A program made the translations under genes and the position numbers. Positions 38,056 through 52,532 of a stretch of DNA of 64,000 nt are shown piece by piece. The DNA is taken from assembly GCA_053919585.1 (NCBI GenBank), contig CM132788.1. One strand, given 5' to 3'. Below the pieces are notes generated by a model, which worked only from the letters and a program-made list of their open reading frames with translations, was not told the DNA's origin and did not search any database. Each line of letters starts with the position of its first letter. Position 1 is the first letter of the stretch. The DNA is from Euprymna scolopes. Taxonomy: Eukaryota.

Positions 38056-41000
38056 ACCTACGTCCCCTAGCCAGCGCAGATGTCTCTGGGAGAGGAGGGA
38101 AACATGCTTGGAAGATTTGCTTGGAAAATATCGTTTTTGTTCAAACGTGGTCCTGTCATGAAATTCCTAAGATCTTTCTTATATTGCGCAAATTGAAGGC
38201 GTTTAGTCCGCACTCTTGATGCCTGTATAGGGTTTGTATCTCACTGCAGTAGAATAAGATGCTGAGAAAGCGGCTTGATATATTATCCTCTTTGTGTTTA
38301 TGGTCAACATATTGTTACTCCACGCTCTCTTGGTCTAGCGGGGCATTACCGTTGCTGCTTTCCAATGAGGGTGTATAGTTCAGCGTCCAGTGAGAGGTTG
38401 TTCGAAATAATGGAGTCGTTCACAATCTCCAGTATGTGCTCGCCAATGGATAGCAGGGGATGTTGCTTACAGCTTGATCCATGCAATTGAGGCTTAATTT
38501 CAGACCACACTCGTTGCAAGGATGGGCGAGGCGGTCAATGAGTTGTTGAAGGAGTTCCTCAGATTGTGCCGTTAATGATATATCATCTGCGAAGAGCATT
38601 TTCCTAATGAAGGTCATGCAGAGTAGTTTTGACTCCTAGACAGGCCAGGTTGAAAAGACTTCTCTCTGCTCTTGCGCAAATATAGACGCCAACTTCATCT
38701 CCATGACAAGCGTATAGAAGCAGAAGTGAGAAATCTATGCCAGAAAGAGTTGGGATAAGAACACACACCTAAAGATGGCAAATGATTCCGAAAGTGATCC
38801 ATTGAATTTGACGGACCCTTGCTGTCTTAATGAGAAGATATTACCATTCTCAGGGGGTTTTCAGTGACATTCTATTTTTAGTAGTAGCACGCAGAGGCAG
38901 CTCCTGCTAACCAGGTCTCATGCCTTTGTGAAATCAATAAAAGTGAGGTAAAGTGGTTTCCTCTGCTCCCAGCAATTCTCCTGTAGTTGTCCTAAGAATA
39001 ATACCATAGCAATAGTATACCTTTATGCTCTAAAACATATTGCGCCTTTGGGTAAGCTCGTTCTGCAAGTGACTGGAGTCTGTTCAATACTACACAAGCA
39101 AAGCTCTTTCCGACACCTCTGAGCAAAGAGACGCCGCGGTAATTATTACGATCACCGCGATCACCTTTATTGTTTTAACGCGTTGTAATGTGGGTATTTC
39201 GCATGTCTTGCGCAACAGAACCCTTCTGCCAGCATTGAAGCAGAAATTGATAGAAATGATCAAGTAGAAAGTAATTTTGGCCGACCTTGATGATTTCTGA
39301 TGGAATGCTATCACCACCTGTAGCTTTACCGCTAGCAAGGGTTTCTATGGCTTCAGTGAGTTCGTAAGGGAAGAGGAATTATACACGTTATCTATGGCAG
39401 GCAGGGGTGGGATCCTTTCAATTGCTGCATTAGTAACAATATTCTCACATAAGATAATAGTATTCAGCCCATCACAATTTGTTTTCCGCAGTTTGTGATG
39501 ATGTCTCCTGATTCTGAATTGTGGTGCAGTTTTAAATATAGTTGGACTAAAATTCCCATTCAGTGGCGCATATATTCCACGAATATTTCCGTAGTCAGCA
39601 GAAGGCCTGATGCTACTACCAAGGTTAAGCAAGTATTTGTTGGCGGAGCGTTTGCCAATCTTCTGGCGTCACTTTTTGCCTTTCTGAGTGCAGCGACTGC
39701 CTTCTCATAAGATCGTCGTTCATACACAAGCAGCGCAATGCGTTTAGCTGAGATAACTGGTTCTAGTTCAGTGATCTCCGCTTCAAACCAGTATCCATTT
39801 TTCTGCTGTTTACAATAGCTGACTATAGCAGGGTTGTAGATGGCCTCACGAATGTGTCCCCACCACTCTTCTAACTATATTTTTGATCCTTCAATTAAGG
39901 TTTCAAAGAGTTACTCTGCAAAGCGCACACGGGTTGGAAATGAGGGCGGAGCCTATATTTATGAGGGGTCGCCATTTTTGCTTGGCGTTGTGGAGTTACT
40001 TGGGTTAGATACATACATTAGCTGCAACTAGCATGTGTTCAGTATCGCAGTCCCCATGTGGTAGCGGCGAGTATCTTGGAGGAAATTCAGCGAGTTCCTC
40101 TGGTGATGATGATATCAAAACGGGCCAATGGCGAGATCGAGGGTGCCGCCAGGACACTTTGTGATATGGCTTTGTCTGGAAGAATGTGTTCGCGATGCAT
40201 AAGTCATGTAATGTACACAGTTCGAGGAGTCTCTAACATTTTCGTTCATCTTGCTGATGCCAAAGTGACCGATGCAACGAGGCCAGGAATCATGGTCGGC
40301 TCCAATACGGGTATTTAAATCACCGAGAAGGTATAGTTTATCTTGGGCCAGGATTGTCTTTATGGTTCTCTCTAGCTCCTCGTAGAATTCGTCCTTTACC
40401 TTTACACTAGAGGAGAGAATAGGAGCGTAGATAGTGAGGATATTCACTGGAGTTAATTCGCTGGATAGACGCATAAGAAGGATACTTGGTGTGCCTATGG
40501 ATAGACGTTTACTGCTGACAGTAGGCGGTTCATCACTGCCAGTCTAACACCGTGAAAACATGACTCCTCTGGTTCCTTCCCTTACCAGAAAAAAATTGTA
40601 GTTCTGCCACTGTCTTCGAGTCTTGTCTCCTGCAGGGCTACAATGTCAATGTTTAGCGTGTTTAGCTCGCGGTTTAATAAAGCTGTCTTTTTAGCGTATA
40701 TTAATTTGCTGGAGATCATTTGAGATTCCAGGACGCATAGACCTAACGTTGCAAGTTGCCAGTCTAAGCGCTAGCGTTTTGAAAATTCTGAAGAGTTGGT
40801 TTTGGCAGGCGCACAGTTTCTAATGTGGATTTCGGATTTTGTTCTAACTCCAGTCACCCAATGCAGCAAACAGATCGTGGTGAGTCAGCATCTAATTGCC
40901 CGGTAGCTGCTCGTCTTAAGGAGATCGATGGCTGATTTTGTGGGATTTCGATGATTCCTTACACCGTCGGAGACAACCCGTGGCCTCCAAGCCTATGCCA

Positions 41001-41460
41001 ACATGCTCAAGACTTATAACTCGTAATTGTTGTCTCACGTGTTGTTTCGGTCACTGAAGCAGTTGAATGAAGTGACTTCTCCAGTGTTCGAGTCAAGGCA
41101 AAGTATATGGAGGCCCTAATCTGTCCAGTACTTAAGATTGCATTCTCGACCTCAGTAGTGTATCCCAAAGGAAATCAGAGCAGTAAGTTTTTCGCTGGTT
41201 TGGTTGAAGTATATGCCAGAGTAAGTTTGCACAGCACGCTGACCCGTCTTATTGGATGTGTATACTTCCCTACACTTAGGCCTTTGGATAAATAATTTCA
41301 TCCACCCTCTAGCCTTTGACTAATTGCAACACTTCCTATGCCTAGATTCGTGGTGCATTGTAAACATTCTTCCTCTCACATGGTTTAAACCGCCAGCGAG
41401 CTGTGACGTTTGGAGTAAGAAAAAATAGGGTGTGGATGGGATCTAGTGGCACTCATCTGC
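38056..41460 (-). mobile_element. Near full-length decayed RTE-clade (BovB-like) LINE: APE endonuclease and RT
   Basis: LRLATCNVRSM..IDIVALQETRL (40615-40772), IYAP..KDEFYEEL..LLGDLNTRIG (ORF 40115..40474), KGDR..NYRGVSLL (~39120-39170), MLFADDISL (38570-38600), RHLRWLGDV (~38060-38090). Many stops and frameshifts. The 5' UTR boundary is approximate. Confidence 0.9.
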
Positions 41461-41518
41461 CCCGATAAGTAGGACAAAATATGCCTAAGGTACTACCCCT
41501 ACCCAGCGTTCCAACACC

Positions 41519-41519
41519 C

Positions 41520-41553
<34 letters not shown>

Positions 41554-41600
41554 ATATATATATATATGTATATATATATGTGTGTGTGTGTGTGTGTATG
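41519..41600. repeat. (CT)n(TA)n(TG)n compound microsatellite
   Basis: Seen directly. Confidence 0.95.
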
Positions 41601-41664
41601 TTTGCGTATGGTTGAATGTAATGATATATATGTGTGTGTTTTCAAACAAGCTTTTTGTGCTGCA

Positions 41665-41970
41665 ATAAAATGCGTTTATTCATGGCTTTTCAAAAATAAT
41701 GCATTGGCTCTTCTTCCAAATGTATTTTAGTTTATCTCGTCTGTCATGTAGTTTACAAACAGTGACATCTCAACACGGCTTAAAAATAATTCCACGTCAA
41801 CACGAGGACATACACACAACTCCCCCGGCGCGTATTTTCCTTCTTGTCCTCTGCCACCCACGCGTGTTCGTTTTGTCGTTTCGTCAAAACTCTCCCTCTT
41901 CTGTGATTTTCCTTTGTGTCCTGGCTCTATCATTTGAATATCTATCCTTATTTCATGTATTAAAACATGC
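41665..41970 (+). repeat. Unclassified dispersed repeat (second diverged copy at ~45043-45330)
   Basis: Shared blocks in the same order: aaatgc(g/a)tttattcatg, tttacaaa, aca(c/t)ggcttaaaaa, cg(g/a)cgcg(t/c)atttt..gtcctct, ctctatcattt. Confidence 0.6.
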
Positions 41971-42132
41971 GTCGAGATAATAACAGGAAAAGAAGAAAAG
42001 AAAAAAACGGAAAAAAACCTCATAGATCACACGAGAAACATGAATACATACTTCAAAATAAAATGTCATAGTTTTTTTCAACGTTTTCAATATTACTGGT
42101 TTCTTTCTCTCGTCGACAATTTGTTTGTTTAC

Positions 42133-42133
<1 letters not shown>

Positions 42134-42221
<88 letters not shown>
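42134..42221. repeat. (TA)n microsatellite
   Basis: Seen directly. Source of the YIYI ORFs. Confidence 0.95.
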
Positions 42222-42222
<1 letters not shown>

Positions 42223-42312
42223 TTCTTGCTTGTTTGTAACAAAGAAATTCCAACGTATTTATCTAAATAATTAAAGACAACGTTTTATTGAAAAGAAGAT
42301 CTCAGTGAATCG

Positions 42313-42900
42313 TTTTTTTTGTTTTTTGTACATGTATCACCACATTATAAAGACCAAAGGTCCACTCGAGCATTAGGGTTAAAGAGTGTACAGTAGAAAT
42401 TGGACAATATAATAATGGTTAGTAATGAAATTTCAGTAAATTTGTTAACTTATATGGAACGGCTCATTAAGAACTTGTTTACGTTAGACTTGAAGATCAC
42501 CATATTGTAGTCAGCCGGAAAGCAAGAAAACGGAAGATAATTCCACGGACGTGCAGTTCTAAGAAAGAAGCTTTGTTCATGGAATCTACGTTTAGGTTTA
42601 GGCACAGATAAAGAGTGGGGGAATTATTGATAGTGTTTTCAGCTAGACAAGTGTTTCTTGTGAAAGTTTGGCGAGGGGGGACCATAGATTGAAGCTCATT
42701 CGAACACCTTCCATGAAAATAACGATACATGAGAGACACACTCGCAACATCTGTTCCGTGAGATAGAGGTTGCAGGGAAGAGAAAAGAGCATCTCCTACG
42801 AGGCTATAAAGTCTATTTTGAACTCTATCAAGGCAGGACAAGTCATTTCTAGCAGCTCCTGCCCAGATGTGTCAACAGTTTTCCATCGTTGGACGTACCT
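42313..42900 (-). mobile_element. 5'-truncated CR1/L2-group LINE (subfamily B), highly similar to 25000-25582
   Basis: Near-identical long blocks, e.g. gtgcagttctaagaaagaagctttgttcatggaatctacgtttaggtttaggcacagataaagagtg. T-rich tail at 42313-42327. Confidence 0.92.
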
Positions 42901-45042
42901 CTCGAGAATGTAGGTTTTGGTATATTTCAAAGAGTATTGAAGAAGTGCCGAAACTTTGCAGCTCCGTTTACAAAGATCGAAGTTTGGAATATAAAGAATA
43001 TCTTACACAGTTTAATTTAGTCAAGACCAAGTCAGAGTTCCGTTGAACCATGTTGTGTACTTTTTATTCTTCCCCTGTAAATACATAAAACTGAACCTAT
43101 TTCCATTTAAGTAATAGAGTAAGTGTATTACTTCATAACATATATGTTATATTGACAATTGTTTTCCATGATTCATTTATAATTTTATCGGTCGAGTGAA
43201 ATTTTATTTGTTTCTTTTCATACATAATCCTTTTCATTTTCGTACATTACCTCCACCTTTTTCGTACACATCATATAATTCTTCCCTTACACACGGTTTA
43301 TCGGGGGGGTTTACGCCGACTGCCTACATTTTTCTCCTATGTTAAAACTTACATTTACAAATTCTTGATTAAACTAGTTTTCATAACCTCTTGCCTTCAC
43401 ATAGAATTTAGTTGCCTCTAAACTGCCCAGCTAATATAATGAGATGAATCTTAGTTTTTGTTTAGTATCTGCCCCATTTTTGTCTGTTAACCGCTCAGCC
43501 ATTTTAGATGAGATAGTTTGAGTCAATTACTAACCGTCTTGACTTTTAGGTACTTAGTCTCCATGTACCGAGATTATTCGAGACGAATTAGGCAGAGCGT
43601 TGATAGAAAGGGCCAGCGGCATTGTCCATGCCCTCGTATTTATCGGATATCAACATATAACGCAACGATTTTCACATTTCAAATTTGTGTTACATTACCG
43701 TTTAATCTTATCATTTACTTTCAGATGTATTTACAGCAAAGGCGAGAACACTGTTTATTAAACTATTACTTACATTTTCTATAAAACGTACTTCTTTTGC
43801 AAATCCAACCATTAGAATCCCAGTCACTTGCGTACATGCCACGTTATATCATATTGCATACTGAGGTTTCGACCTGAAATTATATCTGCTGGTACGACTT
43901 TATTAAGTAACGTTCGCACTGTCGACGAACAGCGTTACCACATCTTCCATTTCTGTATCCTAATATTCTAAGTAGCTTAAATAATTAGTCGTCATCTGTT
44001 TTTTACCGAAGCGGCGAGGTAACCTCTGCGTCTTTTCTTTCAATTTAAGGATTTCTAGTTTGAAAGTCAGTTTCAAAAATGTATTTATCTTTTCCTCCCA
44101 CGTTATTTCTTAATCATATTATCACATATCAATCTTCTCTTTTATCTACAGTTCCTGTCAAGCGTCTGGTGTAGGCTTATTTACATGTCTTACTCCCGTG
44201 TAATCATTATGTAAAAAATAACTGAGGGTCGACATTTTTTCTTGTCAAGCGACTTAACTCTACAAAGCATATGGTAAATTATGATTTTCCCGACAGGAAT
44301 GTTCCCTTTATGTCAATTCTGCTTGTCATGTACTTTTAAAATTTAAAAAATGACTTAATATATTAATATTTCACTGTTCAGAATTAGATTGATATGAGGT
44401 CAAGCAAGAAAATGCCGTGAAATATGAACATCAGACAAAGTTTAAAATCTATATTTAAAAGTCACTCAGCATAGATCATGGTAGAATTCGATGGAAATCT
44501 TTAAACTTTAGCAATCCGTAAAAAAAATAACTGGAAATATTTAGTATTCTTAGCCGGGATAATCGATCATTCAAAATATAAATTTACAAAATATAAATAT
44601 ATTCATGTTTAATTCTAAATTTTGATATAAACCCTAATAAAATATTTGCTACTTCAATATGTAATCTATAAAACCGATCGATAATATTGATAATCATTTA
44701 AATCCTCACAAAATACACTTGAGCAACTAAAACTATGACCGACACACCAGGATGAAAAAATGCGACAATGAAGGAGATGAGAGGGGAAAATATCTCGCAC
44801 AGCCCTGTGGAATGTTGCTTTTTCTTTATTTCTCCAGGTTTTCCGTTTCGAGTGTATTTTCTCTCGAGGCAAGCCTTTGCATTCCTTTTCTTCAGCATTT
44901 TTTTGGTGTAAAAGCTTGGCCATGACGGCAACAAGTAAGCTTGAGTAGCGAAGTAGTTAATTTTTTTATCAATGTCGTAAAAAGTTTACACTCTGACCTG
45001 TATCATAGAGAGTCGAAAAAATATAACAAACCGTCCTTTTAA

Positions 45043-45330
45043 ATGAAATGCATTTATTCATGTCTTTTTTCTTTAAAATAATGGTTTGCCCCGAGTTTTA
45101 AAAGTTTTAGTTTAATTTTTCTGCCATGTTTACAAAACCCTGCTGCCCTGACATGGCTTAAAAAGTCTCTAACAGACACCCGACGCGCATTTTTCTTTCT
45201 CGTCCTCTCGACGTGGGTTCCCCATCCAATTCCTGCTACGTGTATTTTTTTTTACTTTTTTTATTTTCCCTTTCTTTCTCCGTTGTGGCATCACTTCGCG
45301 CACTGCCTCTATCATTTGCATATGTTTGAT
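45043..45330 (+). repeat. Unclassified dispersed repeat, homologous to 41665-41970
   Basis: Collinear shared blocks with the 41.7-kb copy. Confidence 0.6.
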
Positions 45331-46951
45331 GCGGCTACCGCAACAAGCGCTAACAACTCTGTTGTAAACAAAGATCCTAAAAACTTAGCAGGTTTAACAA
45401 AATTCAATGAGCTTTATATTTTAAAAAAAATTAGACTTATTATTATTGGATTAACATTTTCCGTTGTTGATATACGAAAATTTAAACCTGTGAAAACTTC
45501 GGAGCGGAATATTACTGCATAGTTTAGAATTGGAAATATCCGCGTAAGAGGAACACACTATCTATACTATATACGCCTAGAAGAGGAACGTCAGCGCACG
45601 TGCATATCGCAGTTGGCTTTAAATATTTACTTATTGATATGACGAACGTAAATAACATTAGGCTGGATTTTGTCAAGTTGCATACAGAAACACAACATTA
45701 TTGTATTATCTACTTAAGCTTTTTAAGATCGTGATTACAACTTATTAAGTATTAAGTTAATGACTAATAAAACATATATGAGATATGCTTTCAAATTATG
45801 CACCTCACCTTGTTTTTTTTCAGAAGAGTATTGCATCACTATTGTTACTTTGGAGAACATATCTGCCATTTTATTTCACAGACCTAGATTTATACGTTGT
45901 TTTGTATTGGAATGCAAAGTAACAGGAAAATTATAGGTGAACTCACCTGGAGTCAACGCAACACATACTGATAAAAGTAGACATTTGGTTGACTTTCTGA
46001 ATTTTCTACCATATCACGTGATGTATCCATATACTTTGATATTGTAATGTTTCACCATGCGTGGCCTTGTTTTATATAACTAAACGTGCGGATGAGAAGA
46101 TCTATCTTATAAGATGCCGTTTCCATGAAGTAATTAGATTTCTCTATCTTTTCTCCAATTGAAAATTACATCTTCAACATATCGTTTGCAACAATTTTCA
46201 TTTTAGAGACTCCGTGCATTTTATTCTAATCTTCATATCAACATTCCTAGCAAATAAAACCCAACTAATTATAGAGCTCATACGTACGATGTTTCATCAC
46301 TGTTTTTAAAAGAGCACAAGCTGAATCACAAACTCAACCACACACGCAAGTACACACGCACACGTTCAATCATCCAAAAAGAACAAATATTCTTTAGGCT
46401 GTATTTGCAGTTCAACTCCATTTTGTAGTTTCAGTTCCTGCTTTTTGTTTTTATTCTTAGCTTTTGTTCGTATTGTATTTGATACATGTGTTGCTGTATT
46501 TTTTATTTACTTCTAGAAGCCACAACATATCTCTTTTGTAATAATATATTTGCCGCCCGCGGGAAATATTAGCAACTAACAAGAAATTTCAGAAAGCACT
46601 CGCTTCTAATATTGCACATGCCAATTGATTAAATATACATGAATAAATGCGTGTTCTCTTTTATCTCTCTCTCTCTGTGAATCTGTTCCTCTCCCATCNN
46701 NNNNNNNNNNNNNNNNNNNNNNNNNNNNNNNNNNNNNNNNNNNNNNNNNNNNNNNNNNNNNNNNNNNNNNNNNNNNNNNNNNNNNNNNNNNNNNNNNNNN
46801 NNNNNNNNNNNNNNNNNNNNNNNNNNNNNNNNNNNNNNNNNNNNNNNTATGGTAGAGCATTGTCGTAAATGTATCTCTACGGCTGTTTAATCAGCGTTAA
46901 TGCGAGACTTTTCTGTTTATTTGTTTGTAAATAAACAAGCAATTCGAGCAC

Positions 46952-47530
46952 GCTAAAAGCAGTGGGTGAATGTATATTTTGATGGACATTTGATGAAGTA
47001 ATTTGCGGACACCGATCCTATAGTCTGGATGTCAGAATTGCCGACTATCCAATAGATGATTTTAGGTTCAATCCCTAGCTAGAGAAGAGTGCTAGTCTAG
47101 CCGCACCGGTAAGCTGTGATACAGCGTAACATTACTTTATGTGGACAATTATATTTTAAGCCCCCCTCCGTGGGTAGAGAGCTGTAGAATATAAACCTCA
47201 TCCACTGCTTATGTAGTGTAAATATATATCTCATCCACTGCCTATGTATCTTATAGATCTCATCCACTGCTTATGTGTGTGTTTTTGTGTCTGGAAATAC
47301 ACAAGCACCTATGGGACTGTAAAAGCAGTAGGCGAATGCTTATTTAAATGGGCATTCGATGTTATCGTTTGCGAGCACCGATCTATGGGTCAGAGGTTTT
47401 AACAGCAGGCTTTTAGCTAGATGTTTGTACGGTCAATTAAATATCTACGGCGGCTACTAGTCTAGCCGCATTGACTAGTTTGATACAGCGAAACGCTAAA
47501 GGTTACATATGTATAGACAACTATATTTTA
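46952..47530. repeat. ~205-bp diverged direct duplication (46952-47158 and 47318-47530) around a 3x ctcatccactgcttatgt repeat
   Basis: Shared taaaagcagt(g/a)gg, caccgatc, ctagtctagccgca, tgatacagcg and gacaa(t/c)tatatttta. Confidence 0.7.
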
Positions 47531-48996
47531 TTTATTTATTTGTAGACAATTATCCTCATTTCTATAGTTATTATTTAACGCTGTTTCAATCAACTATTCC
47601 TCTGGCCTTCGTTAGGTGGTTAACCACGATGGGATCGGAATGCCGAATCTCTTAAATGTATGTAATACTGCCTTCCATAGTTGTTGTCTTACCAGGTTTT
47701 GGCTAACTATTCCTCTGTCAGGCTTTGGGTAGGTAGAAACCACTATCTTCAACCAATACTCACCTGGAACTGTAGAGATACAACGTCTCTACCCAACGAA
47801 GGGGTCCTGTTTCGTCTTGGTTAAAAACCGTATGATAGCCGGGAGAAATAGTTAACCGAAATGTTCTGAAGCAACATCCATAAAATCTGTCTCGGTAGGA
47901 AATAGTCTTCTGTGAATTCCGAAACTGCTAGGCTGGTCTAGTGTTTTTTGAGATTTTACAAAATGGTCTTTATGCGTCTGCGAGTATTCTCATATACGTT
48001 TTGCATCGGAATTGCTCCGATAAATAAAAAAAATCTGATTCAATAAGGAAAATTAAGTTAACATTCTTATATAACGCCGCCTGATAAAAGCACTCGAAAA
48101 GTTTAATCACTGCACCATCAGTAATATCCGGCCTATAAAAGCAATAGAAAATTATTGTGACAGGACAAACGCGCGTTCGAAATGTAACTTCTTTTTAGTG
48201 CAATTGAACTATGCTACTTAACTTTGACATTTAAATCTTTGATTCAAGCCATTATATAACTAATTTTATACAATAAACAATCGCTAATCCACAGTGTCAT
48301 GTAAATAATAATGTATTATGACAAAGTAACTGTAGAAACGCATATTTAGTTTTCCTTCCGGTGTACAGATGTGGATCCACTAATAGTGCTTATAATTAAT
48401 CGAGTTAGTTTTACAATAAGCAGTTTCATTGATTTCGATGACGAGTGTAAAACATTTGTTGATCCTAATTAAATCATAGGACATACTAGCTCACCCTCCT
48501 AGTTCATAGTAAATGATCCAGAATAGTAGGTATTAATAACTTTTTTTATGTGTAGTGTTGACTATTCTAAATTAATCTATTTAATCAGTCGTCTTAAGTA
48601 CATAAATCCATTTTTAGCATCTCAATGTATATTGTTTATACTCGGGTGCCTTTATAATTCATTATTAAACCGACACTACTTCATTGTTTGAAATGACCTT
48701 ACACTTTTCCCTCTCCCATTAAATAAAATGAACGTTCGATTAATAAAGGTTGATTGACATTTTTCACCGTCACTGCCATGATGCCGTATACATTTGAAAA
48801 TTCTATAATTGGAATTACTTTCTTCGATGTATTCTACTCAGATTTCTTTGAGGAAAAATCNNNNNNNNNNNNNNNNNNNNNNNNNNNNNNNNNNNNNNNN
48901 NNNNNNNNNNNNNNNNNNNNNNNNNNNNNNNNNNNNNNNNNNNNNNNNNNNNNNNNNNNNNNNNNNNNNNNNNNNNNNNNNNNNNNNNNNNNNNNN

Positions 48997-49522
48997 ATGT
49001 CTACAAAAGGTTTTTTTTTCACCGTGATTCTCGGTGGGCTCGCTCCTCCTTAAAACTTTTTATATGCTGTCTAAATAATAATATCTACGACTAAGGAACT
49101 CAGGTCGCGGCTATCTTTACTTTACCCGATTTTTTATAAACTATTTTTGAGATATTTTTTGATCGCCGCGTAGCGAGGAAAACAGAAACTGGCTTCCAGC
49201 GCAAAACTAGGTAAAACATCACGCGACTTAACGTTCTCGCATGTGTTATTTCGCTTTATAAACGTAAACTTAACACATTTATCAACTCATCTATTCCCGT
49301 GGTCGAGATAGTTTGCTTGCAAGATTTTTTTTCCATTTCCTTTCCACATCCGCGTTAAAGATTCTGGGTTCAAACCTACATTTCTACTAAACATTTTTTT
49401 CTTTTACACCTTCAAACACCCGGACAACGTTTTTTTAAACAGTGTTGTTTTGATCTACACCACCCTAAACACACACACACACAACTCTAAACACCCGGGC
49501 AACGCCGGGTACCCCCCTCTAG
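48997..49522 (+). mobile_element. Non-autonomous Helitron, family H1 copy 2 (5' end in N gap)
   Basis: Canonical terminus CCCGGGCAACGCCGGGTACCCCCCTCTAG|T. Collinear with 34540-34890 and 35320-35444. Confidence 0.8.
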
Positions 49523-50214
49523 TCCTATATAAAAGTAATTTTTATGGAACGAACTGGATTGAAATTTGAACACCCAGTTTGCCAGTCCGTGGCGTTAGCG
49601 TCAGGACCATGGACACCTCGCTTTTGTTTCAACAGAAAATATATATATACTATAAATGGAAATGTATATATGTAGGGATGTTTTTGCATAATTAAACAGG
49701 ACTATTGTTTTTTTTATTAATTCAGAATTTGGATTTTCTATGCTTTTTCGTTGTTTTTTTATTTGATTTACTTCATGTAACGAACCTTGTATAATTTACG
49801 TGACGTTCCACGAGAAATATTTTTTAAAAAATTGAAAAAAAACATATTAGGCGCAATTTTCTTTATTGTCGATTCATTTGCATGAGGCTTATATGCAAAG
49901 CTGATTGTTATTAAATACATGAATAGTATTTGAAACATTACCATTATTTCCCAACAAATTTATTCCGGNNNNNNNNNNNNNNNNNNNNNNNNNNNNNNNN
50001 NNNNNNNNNNNNNNNNNNNNNNNNNNNNNNNNNNNNNNNNNNNNNNNNNNNNNNNNNNNNNNNNNNNNNNNNNNNNNNNNNNNNNNNNNNNNNNNNNNNN
50101 NNNNNNNNNNNNNNNNNNNNNNNNNNNNNNNNNNNNNACATCTTTAAATCTTAATCGTATTTTGAAAGAGTAACTTCAAAGCAATTAAACGTTATCTTTG
50201 ATATTCACTCTAGT

Positions 50215-50460
50215 ACTCTCAACAACCCGTGTAGAGGCATAGAAATACTATTTTTGAAACCAGACGCGAGGATAACACTCTCGGTGCTGATGGATCTGCA
50301 GATCCAATCAGACCATCAATTTAGGAGAAGGAAAACTCCGATACGTAAACCTATGCCACTGACCTCATGCGTCGACACCAAACGGAGGAAGGGGCCTCCT
50401 CAGTCCTAGTAGACAATCTCCCTAGAGCTGGGACTGGTGACTCGATTAAATCCCCGTTTT
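50215..50460 (+). mobile_element. Possible RTE-type 5' UTR fragment
   Basis: Contains taggagaaggaaaactc..aaacc, a motif I recall from RTE-clade 5' regions. No coding support. Confidence 0.35.
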
Positions 50461-50469
50461 TCAGACTTT

Positions 50470-51010
50470 AACTTCTTAAGAAGTAGATAGGCTCTGCCTT
50501 TTTTTTAATTAATTACGCCTGAAAGTATCCTGCACCTCTACAAGACCACCCTTTCTCCCATGTATGGAGTATTGTTGTCACATTTGGGCTGGTGCACCTG
50601 CTATTTATCTCCCATTTCTTCAAAGTTATCAAAAGAGAGACGCCTGCCTAGTAAGAAATGAACAGTCGTTAAGCTCCAATCTCTGTCCCATTTTGTTGCA
50701 TTCTTCTACCTGTTTACACGTATTTTAATGGTGGATGCTCCGACAAACTACAATTCCTTGTACCCCCTCGACATAAATACCCCCGACAAACCCGACAAAC
50801 AGCAAAGTCCCTGCCTTACATCGTAGATATCCTTCGATGTAGGAAAACAGTCTACTCTAATAGTTTCGTTTCAAGAACTAAACATTAGAATTCACTCTCT
50901 GATTCCTGCTTACCCAACTGTACTGAACTGCAGAAGTTCAAGTGTAATAAGAACAGACAATTTGTTGCTCAGTTCGCTACATAGTATAACTGGAACATAT
51001 TCTTGATAGT
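50470..51010 (+). mobile_element. Decayed CR1/L2-group LINE 3' fragment (subfamily A, homologous to 172-912)
   Basis: TPESILHLYKTT..CMEYCCHIWAGA, and ccccgacaaacccgacaa and gcagaagttcaagtgtaa shared with the reverse complement of the first copy. Confidence 0.88.
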
Positions 51011-52532
51011 AAAACTCTGCATCAAAGTGGTGTGACCGCTGACCCCGTCGAAGTCGCAATAGTCGTGGTCGTCTTCCTTTCAGTTGTTTACAAGTCTCTT
51101 TCACGCCACAGGCCTCGTTATCAGGTTTATATGCCGGCGTCCGCTTAACATAAGTAGCTTCTCATGCAAGCCAAAAGAAGACAAACTATGATGTTTCTAA
51201 TCTACTCAGATTAATTCACGAAATTTACAAAGTGAGTTACATATGTACAATTGTTCAGTTCGATCTCATTACACCAAATAAAAAAAACCCATGTATCTTA
51301 TTCTCCGTTCTCTACCGTGGCGACAGTCGAGAGGGTGGCGTCTCTTTGGGTAGTGTTTACTTCTCTCGAGATCCGGCCTCAATGTGAGATTTATGGCGCG
51401 GACATTTGCTTATATTTCGACGGAAAGTGTTGTTGGGTAAGCCATTAAATCAATCATCGATCATCACGTCATTCCGGTGAAGTCCCGATGCCTTGCACGG
51501 TCTGAGAATATGTGATCATCACTACATCCCATTTACACGAACAGAGGGGTTGACAGTTTGGCCCCTGGGCTGACCGCATACTCCAAAGCCAGACGTCCTT
51601 GAGATAGGTTTCGCCAGTCCAAGAACGAAATTATGTCATTCTAGGTTTCAAATGACATCCCTTGTCCATTTTCCCGAAAAATAGAAGTATATGTCTGTTT
51701 TACAGAAACACAATGAATTCATCCTTTCAGCATCGTTACTCACTGCTGCCCGGCCGCCGAATAATTCTTGACAGTTAATACCAGCATAATTTCCCGACCT
51801 TAATGAGTGTTTCAAGGGTCTCAATCTCCCCCAATGGGGAGTTCTACCGTTTCCAGAGGCTGTCATCCAACAGTGGCTCTCTGTCTCGTTTGAATTGAAA
51901 ATGTAATGGGAAATTTCAATTCTAACGCTTAATATGAACTACTGTGTGTTACTCTGGGATTTAATGGCGGATTTTACGGGTTATACGTTTATGCTAAATC
52001 TCACATACAAATATGCGAGTATATGATATTTGCTATCACTTTAAACTGTGATAATAAAATACCAATTACGATATATGTATGTATATATATATTTATATAT
52101 ATATATATGTGTGTGTGCGTGTGTGTAGGTTTTTGTATTAGAACAAAATTGTCGACTTTTTTGCATTAAAAGTCGAACACTAGGTGGTAAGATTTAAAAT
52201 GATAAAAAACTGTGTTAAATAATAAAAGAATCTAATAAGTGTTAATGCTTTTTCTACAAGTTTTACCGTTGTCCAAGCACCTCGGTAAAGTGGAAAGGTG
52301 TAAGATAGGTCAGATAATCGGTCGAAAGCTTAAAATACTTTCAAACTAAATTTTAGACATATTTTATAGGTCGGATGAAACTGCTTTAAGCAGAATATTT
52401 TTATAGACTATATTGAAGTAACTTACTGAAAGAAAGACATGTTATTTACATGATTTATACTTGAATTTCATATTTTGTCGATCGAAAAATTAAAAGATAT
52501 CATTGTTCCCTTAAAATTACATTACATTACTG

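Noticed and set aside
42900-44330. Possible very old LINE remnant on the minus strand (also 33500-33790)
   Set aside because: No diagnostic RT or endonuclease motif could be read with confidence.
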